64,000 nt of DNA from Macrostomum lignano (taxonomy: Eukaryota): assembly GCA_002269645.1 (NCBI GenBank), contig NIVC01000353.1, positions 62,001 through 126,000 of the forward strand. Direction: 5' to 3'. The position numbers and the translations under genes were made by a program. The notes beneath the pieces are model-generated. The model made no database searches. It was not told where the DNA came from and saw nothing but the letters and a program-made list of their open reading frames with translations. This document shows, piece after piece, positions 1-17,469 of the stretch. Position 1 is the stretch's first letter, and the number at the start of each line of letters is the position of its first letter.

Positions 1-1
1 C

Positions 2-6743
<6,742 letters not shown>

Positions 6744-8538
6744 ATAATATGTATAAATTCAACGGAGCAGGTCTGACAAAGTTCTCGGTAAATTACCTAT
6801 TCAATTCATGTTGCATATCTCTGACTTGAAAGCTTTATTCAAATTTAATTCACTGAACACGTACATTTTGTACCCCGTGTTGTACATTTTCTGAAACGAA
6901 TCAATAAGGAATAAAAACTTGAAACAGGTATAGTTAGGGTCCCAATGGTTTCAAAAAACAGGGCTTCTGCGAATTCTACGAACCAGCGTGTATACAAAGT
7001 TTCAAAAAACCATGGCACTTTCATTGTCGTCATTTTAGTGTTTTGTGATTGGACGTTTAAGTTAAAATATACACTCCAAGTAAAGCAAATCTTTGTGATA
7101 TCTTCATTGAAAGGCTCTTTTTAATGTGCGCAACTTTAATTAATTTAATGTGTTTTAATGACAGTGGTTCAGACTTCTTTCTAGATCGCAGTCGCTAATG
7201 GTCACTGTTGCCGGCTAGAATATAAACTGCTGCTTGAACTTTCACTTACCGACTTGGCAACTGCCTGTCTACCTGAAATACAGTGCTTAGTAATTCGAAT
7301 CACGCCATATTTTTTAGAAATTTTCTGTCCTAACCGTTGAGCTGTTATCAGCAGTCTTCACTGTTTTTAGATTAAACAGAGTGAGAGATTAAAAATGAAA
7401 TGAATGATCATTTCTTTAGCACCGTATATATAGATATCTTGAAAAATCCCGCGTCTTAGATATTTACCTTACATGACATTGGCTTTTCATGACTGGGTGT
7501 TGCTATAGAACTCCGTTTTTATAAAAGTTTTCTCTGTTTAATTTGGCTTGAAGTGTCGTGAAGATGACGAGCGAAATGCGCTGGCGAAGTGATAAGCCGA
7601 GTGATAAGCCCATTATGCACGGTGGGCTTAGTTTGCTAGGGTCGAGGGAGCCGGCTGAGGGGGCTGTTGAGAGTCGCTTGATTTTGTATAGACTAAAGCT
7701 GCCACCTGCACCAGGTCGCGAATACCCTCGTACAGTCCAGGATTTCGGGAGCCGACTGAAATGACTTTGATTCGATTGGCCTCAATAGTTACTCGTATTG
7801 TTCGTTTGCATCATTGAGCCCAGAAATTAGAACCGTTTGATTGAAGCAATTCCTCGAGAGGAGCTGGTGGACTTCTTTAACTCATCAAACTTTTACAGTC
7901 CTTGGCGGCAGGGTGAAGTCAGAGATTGGTTCATTTGGTGCTAGCCGCAGGGCAAAGAATGTTCTTTGGGTTTAGGTACGCTTGCACGGCGGTGTTGATT
8001 TCATCAAAAGTCAGGTCGGTCACGGGTGTTGGGGCGATTATGCTTTGTATCTTGTGAGCTTGGTGAGCTGCGTTAATACTCCGCGTTAAGTCGAAGACCG
8101 TTATTAGCTGAGCATAGGTAGTTTTAACGAGATAAGTCAAGGTGATATAGGATAAAATTATGATCCCAAAAAATCGTATGCACGTATCGTTCAAGCTTTC
8201 ACAAAAATATTAATTCTTCGCGAATATTACTACTCAGTAGAGAATAAGAAAAATGACTATCACACAGCCGCGAGCCATAGACTATTTACAAACCTTAAGC
8301 CAAGGTTAACCAAGGCTCTAAGTTTACTCAAGTCCAAGATTGCTAAGTTTTAGTTGAGCAAGAATTTCTGGCATAAAAAGCATCGACAATTGGAGAAGTT
8401 CTAATCTAAGGGATTGAAGTTATTTCACTAACAGGTTGGTAATCGAATGGTTATTTAATTATATTAATGTGAATCATTTAAGCTTTGAGATAAAAAAAAT
8501 TGTATAGGTATAACTTACAATTTATTTATTTCTTACAG

Positions 8539-8771
8539 CCAGCTGCAGCAATTTGACAATGCTGGACGAACTCGAAGAGGAGTTCTTCATCTTGGAAGTG
8601 GAGGCTGGCTATGTTGGCTACTTGCGCGAGACCACCCTGTTAAACAACATGATCGCCCTACCTTTTGCTCTGTTCACCGCCGCATTGATTTGCCTAATTA
8701 TCACCTTTGCTATGGTGTCCAAGGTTACGTGGGAAAAGAAGATGCAGCCTACTGATAAACAGCAATTATAA
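8539..8771 (+). other. Possible orphan terminal exon with a hydrophobic helix
   Basis: Polypyrimidine tract plus TACAG ending at 8538, an open frame containing IALPFALFTAALICLIITFAMV, and a stop at 8771. No recognisable homology. Confidence 0.25.
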
Positions 8772-9034
8772 GCAAATTAATTCAACTTCAATCTTGCGAG
8801 AAAATATTACAAAGTTATTATAGCTTTGGAGTGTAGTCTTACCAATGACTTTTGATTTGTAGTAAAGTGTATATTTGACGCATGCCCTGTCCTTTTAGAC
8901 TTTTAGGGCAGCTGGGACCACGGCGCCCCGATCGCTCCACAAATATTTCGCTCATCCAAAAACTAGATGAAATGGGTAAGCAATTTCTATCGACACATGA
9001 CAGCAGCTCAACTTTTTCCAACCCTTAGTCATGG

Positions 9035-10650
9035 CTAAGAGACAGGGACAGGGACGTCCACCAAGAGACAGGGACAGGGACGTCCACCAAGAGACAGGGG
9101 CGCCAACCAAGAGACAGGGGCGCCCACCAAGAGACAGGGGCGCCAACCAAGAGACAGGGGCGCCCACCAAGAGACAGAGACGTCCACCAAGAGACAGGAA
9201 CGCCCACCAAGAGACGGGGACGCCCGCCAAGAGACAGGGACGCCCACCAAGAGACGGACGCCCATCAAGAGACAGGGACGTCCACCAAGAGACAGGAACG
9301 CCCACCAAGAGACGGGGACGCCCGCCAAGAAACAGGGACGCCCACCAAGAGACAGGGACGTCCACCAAGTGACAGGGACGCCCACCAAGAGACAGGGGCG
9401 CCCACCAAGAGACGGACGCCCACCAAGAGACGGGGACGCCTACCAAGAGACAGGAGCGCCCACCAAGAGACAGGGGCGCCCACCAAGAGACAGGGGCGCC
9501 CACCAAGAGACAGGGGCGCCCACCAAGAGACAGGGACGCCCACCAAGAGACAGGGACGCCCACCAAGTGACAGGGACGCCCACCAAGAGACAGGGGCGCC
9601 CACCAAGAGACGGACGCCCACCAAGAGACGGGGACGCCTACCAAGAGACAGGAGCGCCCACCAAGAGACAGGGGCGCCCACCAAGAGACAGGGGCGCCCA
9701 CCAAGAGACAGACGCCCATCAAGAGACAGGAGCGCCCACCAAGAGACAGAGGCGCCCACCAAGAAACAGAGGCGCCCACCAAGAGACAGGGGCGCCAACC
9801 AAGAGACAGGGGCGCCCACCAAGAGACAGGGGCGCCCACCAAGAGACAGGGGCGCCAACCAAGAGACAGGGGCGCCCACCAAGAGACGGACGCCCACCAA
9901 GAGACAGGGGCGCCCACCAAGAGACAGGGGCGCCCACCAAGAGACAGGAGCGCCCACCAAGAGACAGAGGCGCCCACCAAGAGACAGGGGCGCCCACCAA
10001 GAGATGGGGACGCCCACCAAGAGACAGAGACGCCCACCAAGTGACAGGGACGCCCACCAAGAGACAGGGGCGCCCACCAAGAGACGGACGCCCACCAAGA
10101 GACGGGGACGCCTACCAAGAGACAGGAGCGCCCACCAAGAGACAGGGGCGCCCACCAAGAGACAGGGGCGCCCACCAAGAGACGGACGCCCATCAAGAGA
10201 CAGGAGCGCCCACCAAGAGACAGGGGCGCCCACCAAGAAACAGAGGCGCCCACCAAGAGACAGAGGCGCCCACCAAGAGACAGGGGCGCCCACCAAGAGA
10301 CAGGGGCGCCCACCAAGAGACAGGGGCGCCCACCAAGAGACAGGGGCGCCCACCAAGAGACAGGGGCGCCCACCAAGAGACGGACGCCCACCAAGAGACA
10401 GGAGCGCCCACCAAGAGACAGGGGCGCCAACCAAGAGACAGGGGCGCCCACCAAGAGACGGACGCCCACCAAGAGACAGGGGCGCCCACCAAGAGACAGG
10501 GGCGCCACCAAGAGACAGGGGCGCCCACCAAGAGACAGGAGCGCCCACCAAGAGACAGGGGCGCCCACCAAGAGACAGGGGCGCCCACCAAGAGACGGGG
10601 GCGCCCCCAAGAGAACCAAGAGACAGGGGCGACCACTAAGAGACAGAGGC
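9035..10650. repeat. GC-rich 20-bp minisatellite (CAGGGGCGCCCACCAAGAGA)n, ~1.6 kb
   Basis: The 20-bp period is read directly and explains the long repetitive ORFs in several frames. Confidence 0.95.
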
Positions 10651-10926
10651 GCTACCATGTCTACATTTGGCGGCTTCAGTGACTCTTATAATCTAACAAG
10701 AGATCTTTTCAGATCAAGCTCAACGTCGTCCGTCATGACAGTGGAGTTGTGCTACAAATCGTGCGTCGCAGGCAACTTTACCTGCTTTGGAGTGCGGAAC
10801 AGTAACCAATGCTACTGCAACAACGGCTATAGTGCAATTGAAGTGGCACAATCTTTATGCTACCTGACATGCGCCGGGAATTCCAATCCAATTTGTGGTG
10901 AACAGCATCTGTAGGATTCGTGAGTC
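10651..10926 (+). pseudogene. Degenerate WSC-domain exon
   Basis: VY(I)GGFSD...MTVELCYKSCVAG...FGV...QCYCNN...C...CAGNSNPICG is collinear with the 16217 gene. It has an extra T at ATTTGG, loss of the first Cys, a frameshift near the end, no signal peptide, and a retained GGATTC|GTGAGT donor. Confidence 0.75.
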
Positions 10927-11501
10927 GCTTACATGTAACTCCTCTGCATCAGAAGTCGGCAAACTCAAGCTCATGGCTGCGGGCCAGATATGAGGAGAGA
11001 GGATAGGAGAGAGAGAAGATGAAAGAATAGATTTTGTTATAGAGGCAGGGGGGTTGTGTGCACCCTAGTGCACTTTAAGCGACATTGTCACACAACCGGC
11101 GAGAGGCATTACTGCCCGTTCCGCCGACTCCCCTGAGCAGGCACACAAGCGCGCGGATACGTACGCAGTCATACGCACCGGCACACACTCACACAGGAGT
11201 GTACAGCGGCCCTAACTTTATTTATCGTTAGGCATGTACACTTCACTGTGCCTTGGGGGTTGGCCCTCAAGCTGGGCGTTAATTGCACGAGCAGAGCCAA
11301 GCCGAGATTCCAACTTAGCCCCAAGCCAAATTAATGTGACTGCACTTGGAGTCGAAGAGAGAGGAGAGAAGATGGGAGAGAGGGAGAGAGAAGAGGTGAG
11401 AGAAGAGAATTACAGAGCTGAGAATAGACACAAATCTTGAGCAGGCCGGATTGCTATTATGAAATTTCCAAGGACCCGAGGGCCGGATAGAGAGGCTCTG
11501 T

Positions 11502-12057
11502 GGGTCTACGACAATTGACTGCCACAATTCGACTGCCAAAAATGACTGCCAAAAACACTCCAAGCTCTTTGTTCATGATCGTATTTATGCAAGGCTAGCA
11601 AGGCTTTTACATGAGCAAAAATGCAAGCTAAATTTGGCTTTCAAAAATACGTGCATGTATATCTACTAATGTTCAAACGGATCCTGTACATGTAGCTGTG
11701 TTCCATGAAAGCTGTTTATAGAGCTAGCCGCGCGCTAGCGTATCATTAACTTTAGCTTTGACTAGGCCTAATAAGAAAGCCAAATGTAGCTTGCAAAGCA
11801 TTGCTAGCCTTGCATAAATACGATTAGGAATAAAGAGCCTGGAGTGTTTTTTGGCAGTCAAATTGTGGCAGTCAAATTGTGGCAGTCAAATTGTGGCAGT
11901 CAAATTGTGGCAGTCAAATTGTGGCAGTCAAATTGTGGCAGTCAAATTGTGGCAGTCAAATTGTGGCAGTCAAATTGTGGCAGTCAAATTGTGGCAGTCA
12001 AATTGTGGCAGTCAAATTGTGGCAGTCAAATTGCTCGGCAGCAATTGTCGTGCACCC
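11502..12057. mobile_element. Foldback/MITE-like element with ~100-bp inverted arms and an expanded 14-bp subterminal repeat (GGCAGTCAAATTGT, 11853-12033)
   Basis: Left arm GGGTCTACGACAATTG...GACTGCCAAAAACACTCCAAGCTCTTT...CGTATTTATGCAAGGCTAGCAA matches the reverse complement of 11797-12057. The TSD is not clear. Confidence 0.7.
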
Positions 12058-12609
12058 TTGTGGGCCGCATGTGGACTGCAGGTCGGAGTTTGCCAACACC
12101 TGCTTCACATATTTTTCTAATCGGATTTAATCATAAAAAAACAAGAAGAATGGAGGCAAGAAATGCAGGTAAATCTATTTTTTACCGTTAAAGACGGTTA
12201 TTTTTTCTTAGTATAATTTGTTGTTTTTTGTAATTCAAGACTTGATAATAACTTTATGAATCATTACTCTATGAGTTCACTGCTTTACCAAATATAGATA
12301 CTGCTTATCTACATGTTCAGTTTAAATATCGTTAAGTTGAATCAGCAAGTCTGTTGCAGAGATCAGGAAACTGGTCATGGGACTGGCGTTCTAAAAGCTA
12401 TTAAGCGTAAGCCATGTCTCTCAGATATTTAAGTCTGTGAGGGGTAAGTTTATTAATAGCTGTGTTTTAGTTCCTTTTGCTGAAGTCGTGTGACCAATTA
12501 GTGATGAATTAATGTACAGTATGCAGATTAGCAGGCTCAAAAAAGTACAATGGTTTGACATCTGCACGAGTTCGAATCCTCAGTAGCTTTGTGTTTGTAA
12601 GCGATCCCC

Positions 12610-13540
12610 ACATTCCTGACATTCCTGACATTCCTGACATTCCTGACATTCCTGACATTCCTGACATTCCTGACATTCCTGACATTCCTGACATTCCTGA
12701 CATTCCTGACATTCCTGAAATTCCTTACATTCCTGACATTCCTGACATTCCTGACATTCCTGACATTCCTGACATTCCTGACATTCCTGACATTCCTGAC
12801 ATTCCTGACATTCCTGACATTCCTGACATTCCTGACATTCCTGACATTCCTGACATTCCTGACATTCCTGACATTCCTGACATTCCTGACATTCCTGACA
12901 TTCCTGACATTCCTGACATTCCTTACATTCCTGACATTCCTTACATTCCTTACATTCCTGACTTTCCTGACATTCCTTACATTCCTGACATTCCTGACAT
13001 TCCTGACATTCCTGACATTCCTGACATTCCTGACATTCCTGACATTCCTGACATTCCTGACATTCCTTACATTCCTGACTTTCCTGACATTCCTTACATT
13101 CCTGACATTCCTTACATTCCTGACATTCCTTACATTACTTACATTCCTGACGTTCCTGACACTCCTGACATTCCTGACATTCCTTAAATTCCTTACATTC
13201 CTGACATTCCTGACATTCCTGACATTCCTTAAATTCCTTACATTCCTGACATTCCTTACATTACTTACATTCCTGACGTTCCTGACATTCCTGACATTCC
13301 TGACATTCCTGACATTCCTGATATTCCTGTCATTCCACACATTCCTAACATTCCTGACATTCCTTACATTCCTGACATCCTTACATTACTTACATTCCAC
13401 ACATTCCTAACATTCCTGACGCTCCTGACACTCCTGACACTCTTAAAACTCCTGAAATTCCTGACGCTCTTGATAATCCTGACACTTCTGAAATTCCTGA
13501 CATTCTTGACAATATTGACATTCCTCACATTCCTGACAAC
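12610..13540. repeat. 9-bp minisatellite (ATTCCTGAC)n, degenerating rightwards
   Basis: Read directly; source of the IPD/NVR/SGM repeat ORFs. Confidence 0.95.
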
Positions 13541-13889
13541 TTGAAAACACTTACTTGCCAGTATTTATTTTCTTATTAGTTTCTCAAATCGAATTAAGCT
13601 TCAAGAGTTGCCCTGACTGGTGGAAATCGTGAAATGTTTGTTTTATAACAAATATACTCGAATTATGGCTCAAACAATTTATTTATCCGGGGTTTGTTTC
13701 ATGGGAATTTAAATTGTGCAAATCTATTATTTTTTATCACGTCAAGATAAACAACGCCTTTTGCAACAATGTTAGAACAAGTGAATGAATTTACCTTGAT
13801 TTTTACCTTTTTCCTTTGGCTTTTATACTTTTTTCAATTTGCAGAATAGCTAGATGGGTTGATTAGAGAGTAGAATAGGTTGGACTTAC

Positions 13890-14265
13890 CAATTTGGTAG
13901 ACGCTGTTCTTGCTTAAGTCGCCGCAGATGAATTTTGAATCTCCACTACAGGCCATGCTGCACTCAGCCTCAGGCAATGGTCCGCCATGTTTGCCGTAGC
14001 TGTTTCCGCAGTAGCACTCCCGGCCGTACTGCAGGCCGAAGTACTTGCTTCCGGAAGAATTACTACAGAAATTATAACAGTAGTCAGCTGTCATGGAATT
14101 TATGTCAGTCAATCTTGGGCCAGAAAAATCTCTGTCGAAGACTCTATCTTCAAAGCAGCCAATGTGGCTGTACTGGTTGCTTACAACATTTCTGAGCGCA
14201 CCTCTGCAACCATTTGCGAGCGGCAGACAAAATAAGATTGCTGGTAAAAGTTTCCAAAGCAACAT
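13890..14265 (-). CDS. Secreted WSC-domain protein, first coding exon (signal peptide + WSC)
   Basis: MLLWKLLPAILFCLPLANGC, then YSHIGCFED...MTADYCYNFC...YFGLQYGRECYCGN...C.MACSGD...ICG...NSVYQI. Phase-1 donor G|GTAAGT at 13889. Confidence 0.85.
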
Positions 14266-15053
14266 GGCTTGGTGGCTTTCTCTCCCTATAACAGGAAATT
14301 CTGACCGCTTTGCTCTGCTCAATTCAGACAGCCTGCTTAACTTAGTGAAAGGCAAGTTTTTCTAGCTGATAGACTGCTTTTTGCATGGTGACTAAAATGC
14401 TTCCTGTTTGATCAACTTTCGCTGAAAGCCAGTCGCATTCGACAAACTTACTGGCGGTTGCATTTCATCCTTTGTCAATTAGCAAATCAAACCATGTCTT
14501 CTAAATGTATTCAACCCCAGGACTGGCTGAGCAAAGCAAATACGAGTTGGCAAAATGAAAAAAAGGAAATCGAAAAATAAGCCATTACATAATTTGATGC
14601 ATAGTTTGCATCATGCATAGATGCATAGATTTTATCGGGTAGTCGCTAGATAGTGCTCAGAGCATGTGTACTCTAATAAATAAAATAAATGAAAAATTAA
14701 ACCGCTCAAAAAATTACTAATTCCAGTAACAACTGCTTAGCAATCAAGTTATATTTTCTTTCATTCGATTTTTTATTACAGACAAAATCGACAAAAGTAG
14801 AACAAGTTTGTTTTCGCGATAAAAATCAATTAAACATACTTACCAGACTTACCACTCTTATGCATGATACTCTTAATTATTTGATGAGACACCTGGCTAA
14901 ATGTGCTCGGTCCAACAATCCGAAGTGAGGGGCGCAGGGGGTTTCTTGGCGGTCTGAGGGAGATGGGGCTTTATCGTCTCAATTGGGGCTGACTCAAAAA
15001 CAGACTCCACACCACTTGGCCCCAAACTCTCTCTCTGGATCTGCGGTACTCAC

Positions 15054-15330
15054 GAATCCTGTAGACGCTGTTGGCATATGAGCCACCGCAGATTAAATTG
15101 GAATCTCCGGTGCAGGTTCTGTAGCAGCTGTATGGGGATTTTCCCCCGTACTTTCCATAGCTGTCACCGCAGAAGAATTCTTCGCTATACTGCAGCCCGA
15201 AGTAGCTGTAGCCGCTTGTGACCCACGATTTGTAGCACAGTTCCGCTGTCATGCTTGAGGACTTCCAATTCGAGCCAGAAAGATCCCTTGGATGATACCA
15301 GTCACCGAAGCAGCCAATGTAGACATAATT
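15054..15330 (-). pseudogene. WSC exon, inverted paralog of the 16217 gene, probably degenerate
   Basis: NYVYIGCFGDWYHPRDLSGSNWKSSSMTAELCYKSWVTSG...EEFFCGDSYGK. Two conserved Cys are lost (C>W, C>F), and an in-frame stop lies upstream with no signal peptide. The donor C|GTGAGT at 15053 is retained. Confidence 0.7.
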
Positions 15331-15616
15331 TCTGCTTTTATTAACTTGAGGATCTACTAATATGTGGCACAGTCATGCTTTATCGTCCGAGGCAGCTGTG
15401 ACGTAGCATTAATTGCTTTGCTTTGCTGAGTCAGTCCTGTATACTGGATACATGTAGAACAAAGGGCTTTATTTGACAATTGAGAACGGTGGTTGAGATG
15501 CAGGCGCCCCTCAGTTTGTCGAGCGTAACTCGCTTTCAGACAAACGACAAACAGGAAGCGTTTTAGTCACCAGAAGACAGTGTTTAAGCTAGAAAAACAT
15601 AAAAAAGACAAAGTTT

Positions 15617-15817
15617 TTACCAGCAATCCTATTTTGTCTGTCGCTCGCAAATGGTTGCAGAGGAGCGCTCAAAAATTTTGTAAGCAACCACTTCAGCTAC
15701 ATTGGCTGCTATGAAGATAGAGTCTTCGACAGAGATTTTTCTGGCCCAAGCTTGACTGACAGAAATGCCATGACAATGACAGCTGACTACTGTTATAATT
15801 TCTGTAGTAGCTCGTAA
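15617..15817 (+). pseudogene. Truncated WSC fragment, inverted paralog of the 13890-14265 gene
   Basis: LPAILFCLSLANGCRGALKNFVSNHFSYIGCYEDRVFDRDFSGP...MTADYCYNFCSSS*; no start codon, and homology stops mid-domain. Confidence 0.75.
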
Positions 15818-16216
15818 TTCTTCTGGTACAGATGATAGAAGCATGACTGTCTTACATACAGGTAGTTCATTCATGTGGTAATGTCTCAACTATCTAGAGT
15901 AAAATTGATTAGAAAATTATTTTCAGCCTCAGCCATCTTCTAATTAGGAAGCACTGCTGCCTCGTTAAACACGCAATTTTGGCTCAGAACCTCAGTAGAA
16001 GCCATTCAGTCAAGACAAAGGTGCGCAACTTCAAACAAGTTCTGGCAAAACAATAGCCGTGTAAGCAACTGTCTAAGAAATGCAGACAAGGCTAAAATTA
16101 ACGGCAATAAATAATTTATTAAGGTACCAGCCAACTAGACCCTTGCTAGTTCTTCAATGCAGCATGTTAATAAGGAACAGAAAACTTCCAAATGACATCC
16201 ATTCTCAACGAGAGCA

Positions 16217-16598
16217 ATGGGACCAGATATGCATCGGCTGCTACTTTTCAAGAGGATTTCTGCTCTGCTTCTTCTGCTGTGCTGCGGAACATTGGAAGCA
16301 AGTCCGAGCAATGCTGTGAGCGACCACTATGTCTACATTGGCTGCTTCGGTGACTTGTATCATCCAAGGGATCTTTCTGGCCCGAATTGGAAGTCCTCAA
16401 GCATGACAGCGGAACTGTGCTACAAATCGTGCATCGCAGGCGGCTACAGCTACTTCGGGCTGCAGTATAGCGAAGAATGCTACTGCGGTGACAGCTATGG
16501 AAAGTACGGGGGAAAATCCCCATTCTGCTCCAGAACCTGTGCGGGAGATTCCAATTTAATCTGCGGTGGCTCGTTAGCCAACAGCGTCTACAGGATTC
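16217..16598 (+). CDS. Secreted WSC-domain protein, first coding exon
   Basis: Hydrophobic ISALLLLLCCGTLEA, then YVYIGCFGD...MTAELCYKSC...YFGLQYSEECYCGDSYGKYG...C...CAGD...ICGG..ANSVYRI. Phase-1 donor C|GTGAGT at 16599. Confidence 0.87.
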
Positions 16599-17469
16599 GT
16601 GAGTACCATTGACCAGAGAGTGGTGTGGAGTCTGTTTTTGAGTCAGCCCCAATTGAGACCCTGATGAACCCCCATCAGACCGGTAAGAACCTCCCTCTGC
16701 TCCCTGAGTTCGAATTTTTGGACTGAGCACATTTAGCCAGATGTCTCCACCAAATAAGTGAGAGTATCGAGCATCACAGTGGTAAGTCTTGTAAGTACAT
16801 GTATTTTTGTACTTGATTTTTCATCCTAAATGATAAAATTATTTTATTGCATAATTCCATCGATTCGGTCTCTCTGTAATTAAGTACCAGCATGTATGAA
16901 ATATAATTTGACTGTCAAGCAGTTATCATTGAAATTTGTCATTTTTTGAGCAAACTGATCTTTCTATTCATTTACGAGCTAATATACCTGTAATTTATTA
17001 CAATTACATTAGAATTGTTTGCATCTATCTGTAATCGTGCAAGTAGTTCTGAATTCATTCCGTCACAGTTCATCTACTACCCGAAATAAATGGAAAGTAT
17101 GGAGAGTGGCGCGGATAGCTTGTATGACGAGATTGTAAATTCAGAGTACGCATTTAAGTAGAAGTTCTGTCCCCTGGCTATTGACTGGAGTCCAGCACAT
17201 GGTTTCCATTCCCCGTTTACACGATTGAATGTACAAACATCTACTGAACTTGACTGCAGGCAGGTAGATTCAAGAAAAACTAAAACAAGACCAAAACAGT
17301 TTTGGTTTGCAGCAACAATAAAATACAGAAAGTACATTACATCGACTGAATATATTTCGTCTCTTAATCAGTACAGACACACCCACAAAGGCTAGAAATT
17401 ATTTATCGTAACACCAAGCAACGTACACGTATGTCATATATGAAGAAGAGAGTTAAATCGTGACAAGAA

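Noticed and set aside
8952-10682. Long ORFs (568, 437 and 428 aa) in several frames
   Set aside because: By-products of a stop-poor 20-bp minisatellite; open on both strands with 20-aa periodicity.
12509-13340. IPD/NVR/SGM repeat ORFs resembling a repetitive structural protein
   Set aside because: The 9-bp minisatellite is open in multiple frames, with no signal peptide or splice context.
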